This document shows positions 56,501 through 63,281 of a stretch of 64,000 bases of DNA, piece after piece. Within the stretch, counting starts at the first letter, position 1. Each line of letters opens with the position of its first letter. Location of the stretch: the IMG/VR virus record IMGVR_UViG_3300028392_002123; one strand, 5' to 3'. The stretch comes from a virus. Taxonomy: Duplodnaviria > Caudoviricetes. Under the pieces are notes generated by a model, which was given only the letters and a program-made list of their open reading frames with translations, had not been told where the DNA came from and did not search any database. The position numbers and the translations under genes are program-made.

Positions 56501-56524
56501 ATACTTAAAAGCAATGCAGGGTGA
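47549..56524 (+). CDS. giant baseplate/virion structural protein (2991 aa)
   Basis: Uninterrupted ORF coupled to gp6 (TAATG); aromatic-rich; FDTDRPHTHPWEMLG, WWDTS and YEWT motifs. Confidence 0.75.
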   Translation: MSKISNIPGEEPSRSIKNEDLLPVVFRTDINKKMLDSSANLMTSKGKMQPFYQSYGTQNASDVAGKFLTEDNNIVRKESQTNLAINYYDSNDEYKGKFSYIDLDNYFKIQGLPLKDGVDLDKDVKSLQLPISQFRTTDYQLYYWLPEGLPPFRIHVEDRGTGIRLAVADNIVGKPFAILTDDTSGKTVTLSNYQKIFFTGAVDDAYRSQDPESPVVYIVLNVGNSIRLVPESFYEKRANTTAYTKLPWDEDSGEPPYMGKEWAAAPWDTSRYLNLEPEYVLVEQYAGDRNPWSIINCWYHVSRIREVMNFYDLKLEDYISEKNRAQRPIIQLSAGTKLFNWPTTWITEVETVIEGTKNKHSGIHISMIKDRYDHPIAEGKLVAFTEEATIYRLSTVVQDNQHLSVWTPTQYVGTDGAGVFVVGATTIRYYSFIFKNNKWQPAQNKIQPNQCPLIDVFDENGVSYSDSSVYYNSNFAGARVLDFAPGTTYDPVLKRNIKLSDIEFDALPTVSDVLLSGPNQLQMVTDIDRVWSYDVDINEKSTSGVNYYKFFNVLNSFWNQRTGLDITMSEQVIEYTEDTDLMFSAETTAPVDGFNTIHVFENENRETNLYFYLKDYGMVPYTSRRGSNLKELILPVISSDLYSEYRIVCHNLSLPLALYENKLVDGYSQPVLLPEPIVQNNNISHGVITVNLESTYIDSSLVVQTNPISADDSKFLWNYNNQWRLAITRPIDKFKFITNAFLRDRTVPLYNGFDYRNATNSQTATGIDVIEATKSLSKKALVGDKIVIESPALVSGKKTAPYALSSNPGNEGLSNLDYYSVYQHLTFEQSTSPNSREFLDPGNTDGTYNALLVPLGSGTIHKHNQPIGLFGLLSANTELDLIDTITKQARHYDTFMSRFKADLQQAINRAEDLSTANYQNILTVALESVYVNQVEDTFWHHSNMIGWGIDYKENSTTLTDNNYAFVYPIESISFGAGKELLTHIFCNGIHLQRGVDYNYTSNIDGYYTGVNINSRFLGQRIVIRQWAATFSSRIPASLAKLGLSPLYMPEIYRDASYSTDSYFIIRHDGTRYYLEDGVDNNLLPRGIVDALLFEYEKMIFSSIAHDIEQIDRSQYIERTPGYFRQTKQSQQDVLNFKNASTVTWQIENSLFVLNNDTYDTNNKFTYRYVMPELSGSWRAVYRYLFDTDRPHTHPWEMLGYTLKPAQWDTYYSWTDPSKRQALINVLLTGRRIGTHGLPYLSRYVEAVGNVFPVTNTGELLAPMDVPWIAEKIINVNFDSDFTVGELSPQEFVFKSTQRGLSVEVTATYLLNALKFVNELWRPGSVKTNRLGINTTAQSNNGWNTGSIDSNYHRSTSTCFTSGIEALLAEHYILQNKDFYADIVDKSNHTKIVKEILLSGFTNKSNLRIQSTSINSQRTALYVPEENFSVRTVNHYKDNEYFYSGLRIIWTGQAWMIYGFVNETPYFSAYTPNPTSTITSYSIGNFTYREKNTYNKTVVRYPYGHSFTDKQELYDFIKGYGYYLEDRGFIFDQVESNDLKNWQLSAKQFAFWSGDPLLAGNYIDLNPAADIIKIKIPLGQLDNLVGNNHLPGLCVTRNNKALFSKDLVVTRNTITEVKTKDTTNPIYGIKFTTSTYESVIHLDETSVFNDIYFLANQRLSKRRFLVAGKKTQAWSGRLYAPGYYFYNNSLYSNLDNIADQGRNFLSIEDTTLDTTLIEAAKSQFGLDKNAELRELFLTEESELQFKNSVPFIKGTNKVFTSLEPLTHTDGSSTIPYNEYLVKLGEFGSTEKIQFYEFQLRQSDYINKKQIVNFNLDNTYSKDQAHNITRADWVYKPKTSATLEFLTLGRQSMLETTGPVAGNDTNYSIQTLDDIDLMYNEFKALWSIPNFDSTKSYAAGDLVRIADPSAGASIRGKVYVFVSSQGPKNLSSQLDYLQHVYEPYLPNFFVNNYSLKNTQLSTTNKIYPPATWQVMQTTDANLVIKEACPGLADNSKVQIETIDNHYLRTGDKVLIVNTDQTWGSVNGIWTVERIDDKNFYIPSKLTKKIYVGKVFTFKTVRFATQSDLSVALQQQNGYRWFNRLSTTESSLGLPSALNNLPKTLSGYSQVKPLVIVDQAVSVPEPATSWDTGGYISYQINIAGNGQISLSIIKNEQLPVLAEDIEHVIIWDHATKQTVAKIELFDPIRLVIPKTFTREIDVINRVDPARYNRTSSEYKAVYSSTAWYDEKVGKRWWDTSTVKFTDYKIGGAVERSLKWALENSGSTVDVYEWTKSSVHPAQWADSVRAKTEVYGQVATGSAYSEIINGGPAYNWTETEDYVNGKTVKVYYFWVRNKTTINLNSTRTLTAYQLSKSVLDPTAAGIPWCTPLTKDTMMFVGLENILSETTVVQIKRKSTFAHKHQQWMFIADYNSSQTIPEFLHIRLRDSLASAIFDEKYYGAPYNKIMYLERPVPDHRLHPLNRLGNSIRPYAQSWFIDLYEARRTLIKEANIVLKNIDVINSIAGWNRHLNDAVSIGEETVDVTQWWSYVDYTSIAYDPTKSVAVVVGNNHEAIIESNNVSSGQYIKVANALNQTDVIYEKTDNGLVVVWRKDGTIAFNELSRDTYDKRTWDGAPWDHYTWDDDLSLIFYCIMEALRRDLLVIDYQKYYNKLMCVMFRQVLSEQFHVDWLTKASTIQPYNLLGADLRERVELERDSSGTLINYFKNVKSFRDKLRDSVITKNISSPLDININDPHAMNIVLTYDRHGLGNNTDAVITGLPFVDIGWDDEQAPWDKLPLDPIESSYDYLLEKIYTGLSGIPAEVVAQNIAGPTYSKYKLNTNLGEELVNCYINESNVIIDVEHYFDTTQTSVKVRTYYNNQTVRHVMMIDSKSAMLVDDLTDETTFIKISPDDINKLPEATIDSPQAIWIDNEKILYFIKTETGITRLIRGVSGTSITDHSAGSTVYVETAETVLPYNKDFISSHTTGPFFSDQGESLDSSTNSVSKILKSNAG

Positions 56525-56547
56525 TTAAATATGCAGTTAATTAATTT

Positions 56548-56555
56548 GATAAATA
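56548..56555 (+). promoter_or_regulatory. late promoter GATAAATA
   Basis: Upstream of the GGAG SD and ATG 56571. Confidence 0.6.
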
Positions 56556-56570
56556 CCATTGGAGAAAATA

Positions 56571-57200
56571 ATGATTGATCTAGCAAATATAAATGTAGAC
56601 GGATTCGTAAAAATTTGGGATCCGATTACCGAAGAAATTTTTGTTGAAAAGCATAATGCTATCAACCCAGAAGTTATAAGCTATGTGTTCGCACGTATGC
56701 TTCAAGCCAATACCAGCCAATATATAACAGAAATGCATTTTGGCAACGGCGGCATTGTAGTTGACACTACCAGTAACATTACATATAAAGATGTAGAATT
56801 AAATTTAGAAACAGGTTTTGGTGCTAGTTTATTCAACCCAACATATTTTAAAGTAGTTGATACAGCAGACACTGAAAACAACGATGATATTACAAGAAAC
56901 AAAGTGGATCTTGTACACGTAAATGGTTTACACTATACAGATCTAGTTGTGACTTGTACATTGGATTCTGATCAGCCCAAGGCCGCAGACATTGGAAATC
57001 TTGTACAACAAACACAGATGTCCTATGATAATGGAAATTTAACAGGAAACTTTGTATTCAATGAACTAGGCCTCAAGCTCAAAGGAGCAGATGGTATAAA
57101 CACAGGATATCTAATGAGTCATATTGTGTTTCATCCTGTACAGAAGAGTGCAAACAGAACAATTCAAGTGGTCTATACTTTGAGAATAAGATTGGCCTAA
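56571..57200 (+). CDS. putative baseplate/virion protein
   Basis: EKHNAI...MHFGNGG...FNELGL...SHIVFHPVQKSANRTIQVVYTLRI. Confidence 0.7.
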   Translation: MIDLANINVDGFVKIWDPITEEIFVEKHNAINPEVISYVFARMLQANTSQYITEMHFGNGGIVVDTTSNITYKDVELNLETGFGASLFNPTYFKVVDTADTENNDDITRNKVDLVHVNGLHYTDLVVTCTLDSDQPKAADIGNLVQQTQMSYDNGNLTGNFVFNELGLKLKGADGINTGYLMSHIVFHPVQKSANRTIQVVYTLRIRLA

Positions 57201-57241
57201 TTTACAAAAAAGGTAAATATAAGAATAAAGGAATTAGATAA

Positions 57242-58168
57242 ATGGCATATGATATAAACTTATCAGACGGTTCTAGACTAACACTGATCGCTGATAGAAC
57301 ATTAGATACCACAAGTAGCATTAAACTCTTGGGAAGAAATTACCCGGGTTACGGCGAAATTATGGCAGAAAACATGGTTCAAATGTTGGAACATTTTTCT
57401 AAAGACACTGAGCCATCTAATCCAATACGCGGCCAAGTTTGGTACAACACAGTAACTGAAACACTTAATGTATACAATGGTGATCGTTGGAGTTATGCTG
57501 GCGGCGCTGGCAATTTTAATGCTAATACAACGGCAGTTGACGCTACACCTATCGTAGACACACTGGGCAGATCGCATCATGCAATTAAATTTAAAGTAGG
57601 CGGTATAGTTGTTGCAGTTTTTAGTTCTGAAAGTATATTTTATACACCGGCTAATAACACAGGTATAGCCAATGCATTTCCAACAATTGGTCCTGGTATT
57701 AACTTGAACGTGGCCAATGGCGGCGACGGCAATTTGAGCAACTTCAAAGTACGAGGTCGTGCCATTGAAGCAGAATTTGCTGACTTGGCAGAAGTCTACG
57801 AAGCAGACATGCCATTATCTCCCGGCGATGTTGTTAAACTAGGCGGCGCCAAAGAAATTACTTTAAATGATGAGGAAAACGGTATCAACGTGTTTGGTAT
57901 CATTTCTACAGATCCTGCGTTCTTACTAAACAGCATAAACAAAGCAAAAGATTTACACTATCCAGTGGCACTAACAGGTCGTGTTCCTGTTAAAGTTATT
58001 GGTCCAGTTGAAAAAGGCAATAGAATTGTTGCCAGCAATGTACCTGGAGTTGCTCGTGCAATTCCAAACAAAGACATTAAATTTGCACTTCAAATCATTG
58101 GTCGTGCAATTGGATCCAAGGACACTGACGAAGTAGGCACAGTAGAAGTAGTTGTAGGAGTTAAGTGA
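57242..58168 (+). CDS. virion protein with C-terminal ADLAE-type (peptidase G2-like) autocleaving chaperone
   Basis: N-terminal LLGRNYPGYGE..AEN.V.MLEHF...P.NPIRGQVWY; C-terminal ADLAEVYEAD...PVALTGRVPVKV. Confidence 0.7.
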   Translation: MAYDINLSDGSRLTLIADRTLDTTSSIKLLGRNYPGYGEIMAENMVQMLEHFSKDTEPSNPIRGQVWYNTVTETLNVYNGDRWSYAGGAGNFNANTTAVDATPIVDTLGRSHHAIKFKVGGIVVAVFSSESIFYTPANNTGIANAFPTIGPGINLNVANGGDGNLSNFKVRGRAIEAEFADLAEVYEADMPLSPGDVVKLGGAKEITLNDEENGINVFGIISTDPAFLLNSINKAKDLHYPVALTGRVPVKVIGPVEKGNRIVASNVPGVARAIPNKDIKFALQIIGRAIGSKDTDEVGTVEVVVGVK

Positions 58169-61134
58169 TGCCTAATGGCGTTAAAACATATATTGTTGCG
58201 CTTAACAAAGGCGTTGACTATAACACATTTTGGAATCAGATCGAGTCTGCTACTGCTGGCATTGCTAACATTCCGGATCGTCCAGTTGCAGTTACCAACG
58301 AGCGTACAGCGTTTGAGCGCATTTGTGAATATGCGTTAACTGATGCCGAAGCAGAACAATTAAAGAATGATCCTAGAGTTGCCGCAGTCGAGCAACCAGT
58401 AAGCGAACTACCTTATGTTAAGATTGTTTATAACTCTACTGTAGAAAATAAAAATTTTAACAAAACTACTTCTAGCACAGGTGCAGAAGTTAACTGGGGA
58501 TTAGTTCGTCATAGTAACACTTCCAATGTGTACGGAACCGGCACAACTACATCTTCAAAATATACATATGATTTAAATGGCACAGGAGTTGATGTTGTTA
58601 TTAACGACACAGGTCTCCAGGCAGACCATCCAGAATTTGCTGGCAGAGTTGAATTAGTTAACTGGAATAGTTATTATAGTGGATATACTGATAGCCAAGT
58701 TGATACAGAAGGGCATGGCACACATGTGGCTGGTATTGTTGCCGGAATTACATACGGCTGGGCCAAAGGAGCAAAAGTTATTCCCTTAGCGACAGGCGAT
58801 AACAGTGGCACAAGCTCAGCTGAACCACTTGATTTCTTTGAAGCACTAATTAATTGGCATAATGCAAAAACAAACAACCGACCGACTGTAACAAATATGA
58901 GTTGGGAATTGAGAGTAAACTGGCCAAATAATGTAGAATATAGAAATTATATCACAGGCGGTAATCACGCATCAGGCCCGATATTGGGAGGACAAAGTGT
59001 AGAATATTATAAATCTAAAGGACTAATAGACTTACAACAGGGTTTGCCAATTCAGTCAACTTCTGATCTAGGCTGGCCTTACTTTAGCGAGGCATATAAT
59101 AGTGCATTAGGTGCAGTAATTGATTCCGGGATTATTGTAGTCCAAGCCGCCGGTAATAATAGTTTTAAAATGGACAAGCCTGTAAATGCAGGAGGCACTG
59201 GAGACTACGACAATTATGTTAACATTTCGGCGACAATACTAGGACAAACATACACATATAATAATATCTACTACCATAGAGGATCAAGTCCTAAGGACCC
59301 AAGATCTATTATTGTTGGATCTTTAGGCGCCTCCGGCCGATATGATACCAGCGTTCCTGCAAATACCGGCGGGGATAGACAAGCAGACTATTCAACTAAA
59401 GGTCCTAGGGTAGATATATATGCCGCCGGCACTTATATTATGAGTTCATGGATGACTGCTAGCGGATCTGCGTACCAACACGGAAATTCATCATACAAAC
59501 AGAAACTTGAATCAGGCACATCAATGGCCGCACCACAAGTGGCAGGTATGATTGCCCTAAGGTTACAGCAAAGTCCACTGGCAAATATTAAGGCATCAAC
59601 AAACTGTGAGAGTATTAAGTCTTGGTTAGTTGGAAATGCACTGACTAATCAAATTTATTCTCCGACAACATCAACTACAGATTATACAAACAGAGTTGCG
59701 TTATTAGGTGGCCCAAATCGTATTGCTTACATTAATCCTGTAACAGCAACTCCGCCGCCTGCAACATATACGCTAACTGTTAACAAAGCCGGATTGGGTA
59801 ATGGTACTGTGACTAGTACGCCGACAGGTATTAACGGTTTGGGTACAGCAACATTTACATCTGGTACAGTTGTCACGTTAACGGCTCTAGCATCTCAAGG
59901 TAGCACATTTGCAAATTGGACAGGAGATGCCACCGGTACCGGCGCTGTACAAATAACAATGAATTCTGATAAAACAGTAACATCGCATTTTAATCTAGTA
60001 GCAGGCGCATTAATAAGAACAGAATGTCGCGGATATGATAAATGGAACGTATATGCTGATGGACAAGGCGGATCTTATAGCACGTTAATAGAAACAAATA
60101 GTGTTCAATGTGGCTATGTTCCAACACCACCAACAAGTCCGCCACTGACTCCGTCGGTTGCAGGACAAAAAATTACAGCCGCTGACTGGAATGAATTAAC
60201 AACACGCCTTAATAAAATTTTTGCAGATACAGCAACTGGTAGCCAGCCTGCCTTTGATGCTCAACAAAAGAATTTACAGTCCTATGGGTGGGGTAACAGT
60301 CCTAGTAGTCCGGTTGCCAAAGGTGATAAATTTTCCGCAGTAGTTGCTAATAAAGTAATTGACAAAGTAAAACTAAGCGCACAGCAAGTAGGCAGTTCTT
60401 ATTCACTGAACAATGTCCAACCCGGTCAGAAAATTACAGCCCTGGCAATTAACCAAATTAAAACAGTATTAGATGACGTCGATCCCAAGCGAAATACTGC
60501 CGCTGTTAATCAATTATCATTGGCCCTATTAGGCGATGTCATGATGCAAAATCCATGGACCAGGAATATAACATTCTTGTCCTCATTGAATTTTATTACT
60601 TATGATAGAGCAAGATATTATTTCAACTCGGGCAGTAGCATAAAACTTACAATGAGTGTTCATGGCGCGAATGCTGCCGGAAATGCAATGAATTCTTTAT
60701 ACGAAAAAATGGGCACAGTTAACATAGGTCTGCGTAATACCACAAGTTCAACTGCAAACATAATCAGCGAAGGCAAAGGATTCCAGGATCTAAATGCCAA
60801 TGATTGGACAAAGCTAATTAAAATTGGATCTAATGGCGGTTATGGTTATGGTTATGGTTATGGTTACGGGTACGGAGGTGGTGGTGGCGGTTATGGTTAT
60901 GGATACGGTTATGGTTATGGTTATGGATACGGCGGATCACACGGATCTATTACTGTATACGGCAAGATACAAAGCGGCCAAGTCTTGCTAAAAGTTGTTG
61001 TACACGCTGTAACTACTTCGGAAAAAACCGGAAATCATAAATTGAGTCACAGCTTACAAAAAGCCATAGACAAGTCTTCAAACAACCAAAATTTCCATAT
61101 TAATGTACCATTATTCAGTGGTAGTGTTTCTTAA
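58165..61134 (+). CDS. subtilisin-family (S8) serine protease fused to virion-type structural domains
   Basis: Triad VDVVINDTG / GHGTHVAG / SGTSMAAPQVAG; oxyanion AAGN; B-repeat-like YTLTVNK...FANWTGD; AGQKITAADWNEL; GY tract. Confidence 0.9.
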   Translation: MMPNGVKTYIVALNKGVDYNTFWNQIESATAGIANIPDRPVAVTNERTAFERICEYALTDAEAEQLKNDPRVAAVEQPVSELPYVKIVYNSTVENKNFNKTTSSTGAEVNWGLVRHSNTSNVYGTGTTTSSKYTYDLNGTGVDVVINDTGLQADHPEFAGRVELVNWNSYYSGYTDSQVDTEGHGTHVAGIVAGITYGWAKGAKVIPLATGDNSGTSSAEPLDFFEALINWHNAKTNNRPTVTNMSWELRVNWPNNVEYRNYITGGNHASGPILGGQSVEYYKSKGLIDLQQGLPIQSTSDLGWPYFSEAYNSALGAVIDSGIIVVQAAGNNSFKMDKPVNAGGTGDYDNYVNISATILGQTYTYNNIYYHRGSSPKDPRSIIVGSLGASGRYDTSVPANTGGDRQADYSTKGPRVDIYAAGTYIMSSWMTASGSAYQHGNSSYKQKLESGTSMAAPQVAGMIALRLQQSPLANIKASTNCESIKSWLVGNALTNQIYSPTTSTTDYTNRVALLGGPNRIAYINPVTATPPPATYTLTVNKAGLGNGTVTSTPTGINGLGTATFTSGTVVTLTALASQGSTFANWTGDATGTGAVQITMNSDKTVTSHFNLVAGALIRTECRGYDKWNVYADGQGGSYSTLIETNSVQCGYVPTPPTSPPLTPSVAGQKITAADWNELTTRLNKIFADTATGSQPAFDAQQKNLQSYGWGNSPSSPVAKGDKFSAVVANKVIDKVKLSAQQVGSSYSLNNVQPGQKITALAINQIKTVLDDVDPKRNTAAVNQLSLALLGDVMMQNPWTRNITFLSSLNFITYDRARYYFNSGSSIKLTMSVHGANAAGNAMNSLYEKMGTVNIGLRNTTSSTANIISEGKGFQDLNANDWTKLIKIGSNGGYGYGYGYGYGYGGGGGGYGYGYGYGYGYGYGGSHGSITVYGKIQSGQVLLKVVVHAVTTSEKTGNHKLSHSLQKAIDKSSNNQNFHINVPLFSGSVS
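60835..60936 (+). repeat. Gly-Tyr dipeptide repeat, (TATGGT)n-type
   Basis: Encodes GG(YG)6GGGGG(YG)7G, 13 Tyr in 34 residues. Confidence 0.95.
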
Positions 61135-61186
61135 TTTAATTCCACGCAACTAAATATTAACATGGTATATAATACCTGGAGATATT

Positions 61187-61537
61187 ATGGATAAAAAATT
61201 GGAAGAAGCACTGGATTTTAGTAACTTTAGATTTACACTTAACACCCGCAAACAAAATCTAAAACTGCGTATGAAAAGTATGCTGACTGTGGGCTATAAC
61301 AACACTATCTTTACAGCGACCATTGAATTAATAAATTTTTCAAAACTGGTACTGGACTCGGGTAATAAAGAATATGTGTTCATCGACGACAACGACAACC
61401 CTGTGATGATCAATGACATCGGCGATTTTCACGCTAGATTGTTGGGAGCATACACTACAGCAGCCAACGAATTTTACGTGGAAAACGAAAAATTAAAAAA
61501 ACTTAGATCTACAAGACAACTAGCAGGAATTAAATGA
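61187..61537 (+). CDS. hypothetical protein
   Basis: 116 aa, GGAG SD, first gene of the glycosyltransferase-like operon. Confidence 0.75.
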   Translation: MDKKLEEALDFSNFRFTLNTRKQNLKLRMKSMLTVGYNNTIFTATIELINFSKLVLDSGNKEYVFIDDNDNPVMINDIGDFHARLLGAYTTAANEFYVENEKLKKLRSTRQLAGIK

Positions 61538-62436
61538 TAAAGAAAAAGTTTCCTCGAGGCATTTTGCTGATAGCGTATAACAACAATCAAATTGACTATG
61601 CTAAATTGGCCTTGCTTGCTGCCAAGCAGGCTAAAATGTTTATGAACAACATTCATATCACATTGATGACAGATGAATCTACTCTGGGAAAATTATTGGA
61701 CAATAACAAAGCCGAACATGTCAAAGTATTCGATCATATTATTGTAGAAAAAATTGAACACGAAGCTAACACTCGTGTACATCACGACAGTCCGTGGTAC
61801 GAATTTAGCACACAGTTTAGTAATAAAAACAAGCATACTATCTACGATAATACACCCTATGAACAAACTCTGATGATTGACGTAGACTTTATGATATGTA
61901 ATAATTCTTTTGAACACATATTCAACAGCGACTGTGAACTGGCCATGTACAAGGATGCTATCAGCACAAGAAACTATAAGCCACGTATTTGGGAACAAAA
62001 GTTACATCCTAACGGCATTGACATGTGGTGGAGTACTGCTGTATACTGGCGCAGTGACAGTGAAGAAGCAAGATTATTCTTTAATGTGTGGCAACATGTC
62101 AAAGAAAACTATGACTACTATAAATTCTTATACAAGTTTCCTGGTAAATTGTATAGAACAGACTATGCGGCCAGCATTGCTGTACACTTGATCAACGGGC
62201 AATATAAGAATTCATGGACTGGTCAGTTACCCGGTAAAGTAATGCGTTACAGTGATCAAATTGACGAGCTCTGCCATGTACACAGCAACAGTGATTTTTT
62301 ATTTTTGTGTCCTGATCCTAAAGAACCGTGGCGAGTGACTACATCAAGAATTACAGATGAAAATGTTCATATTATGAATAAACTATCACTGCTACGTCAC
62401 TGGGATCAATTAATGGAATCGGAATCCGCCGAATGA
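61534..62436 (+). CDS. GT-A fold glycosyltransferase-like / nucleotide-diphospho-sugar transferase
   Basis: RGILLIAYNN..IDY.KLA, TPYEQTLMIDVDF (DxD), MWWSTAVYW, YRTDYAASIA. Confidence 0.7.
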   Translation: MIKKKFPRGILLIAYNNNQIDYAKLALLAAKQAKMFMNNIHITLMTDESTLGKLLDNNKAEHVKVFDHIIVEKIEHEANTRVHHDSPWYEFSTQFSNKNKHTIYDNTPYEQTLMIDVDFMICNNSFEHIFNSDCELAMYKDAISTRNYKPRIWEQKLHPNGIDMWWSTAVYWRSDSEEARLFFNVWQHVKENYDYYKFLYKFPGKLYRTDYAASIAVHLINGQYKNSWTGQLPGKVMRYSDQIDELCHVHSNSDFLFLCPDPKEPWRVTTSRITDENVHIMNKLSLLRHWDQLMESESAE

Positions 62437-63281
62437 AAGAAATTTATATCATACATTGTGAACAATCAGACGATGTACTATCTTCTGAATTACTGGCAGA
62501 ATCTATTCGCAGATTCGATGACAGTCGTGACATCATAATAACTACACCAGTGCCAGCTGTGGAATTTAGTAAAGGCACTAACTTACATTTATATGAAGCT
62601 ACTCCAAATCCCACATTAAATTATTTTAAATCTGCGGTTGATGTTAACTGCGACCGCGCAATATTTTTTAAATCAGATCAAATTTTAACACATTTTAGCA
62701 CCGAGTGTTGGGAAACGCTTAGAAATTTATCTAGTATAGTAACATTAAAAACTAAATTATCTTTTGCAGGCGAAGAGATTAATCCCAAGGTATATTATTT
62801 AGACAGCGTAAATATAGCCAATTTGGGATCTACAAAAAATTTAAATGCAGTCTATTTTGATTTTAGTAAAAATGCAAGACAGCTTCTGGGATTCTGTATT
62901 GATTTTAGCAGTAACTATGATTATAATTCTATACAACAATTTACTCATGCACTTAGAGAAAAGAATGCCACTGTGGCTTTGCCTGCATTTCCAGAATTTA
63001 CTTGGCCTAGTTGGGTTTTTACCTATGTAAGTTTATTATTCGAAGAAGAATTTATAGAGTTTGACTTCTTAGACAACATCGACTTGTCCAAACAGGATTA
63101 TAACATTGAAGATCATATATGGTCAACTCGTAGCTGGCATCAGTTTTTAAGTTACTGGGTAACGGACATTGGCCAATTAAAAATAGAAAATTTCATTCAA
63201 AGTGGCTTGGTTAAATATCAAAATACCAATTGGCTAAACGACATTATATTAGCTAGATTAAAACAAGCCTATGATCAATGA
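62433..63281 (+). CDS. divergent glycosyltransferase-like protein
   Basis: Parallels the upstream gene (LLAESIR, RAIFFKSDQIL) but has KSD in place of DxD; ends KYQNTNW. Confidence 0.5.
   Translation: MKEIYIIHCEQSDDVLSSELLAESIRRFDDSRDIIITTPVPAVEFSKGTNLHLYEATPNPTLNYFKSAVDVNCDRAIFFKSDQILTHFSTECWETLRNLSSIVTLKTKLSFAGEEINPKVYYLDSVNIANLGSTKNLNAVYFDFSKNARQLLGFCIDFSSNYDYNSIQQFTHALREKNATVALPAFPEFTWPSWVFTYVSLLFEEEFIEFDFLDNIDLSKQDYNIEDHIWSTRSWHQFLSYWVTDIGQLKIENFIQSGLVKYQNTNWLNDIILARLKQAYDQ

Noticed and set aside
61162-61194. Leaderless mini-ORF MVYNTWRYYG, 5 nt after TAAATA
   Set aside because: It fits the N5 spacing, but it is only 10 codons and the downstream gene has its own GGAG SD; it cannot be distinguished from chance.
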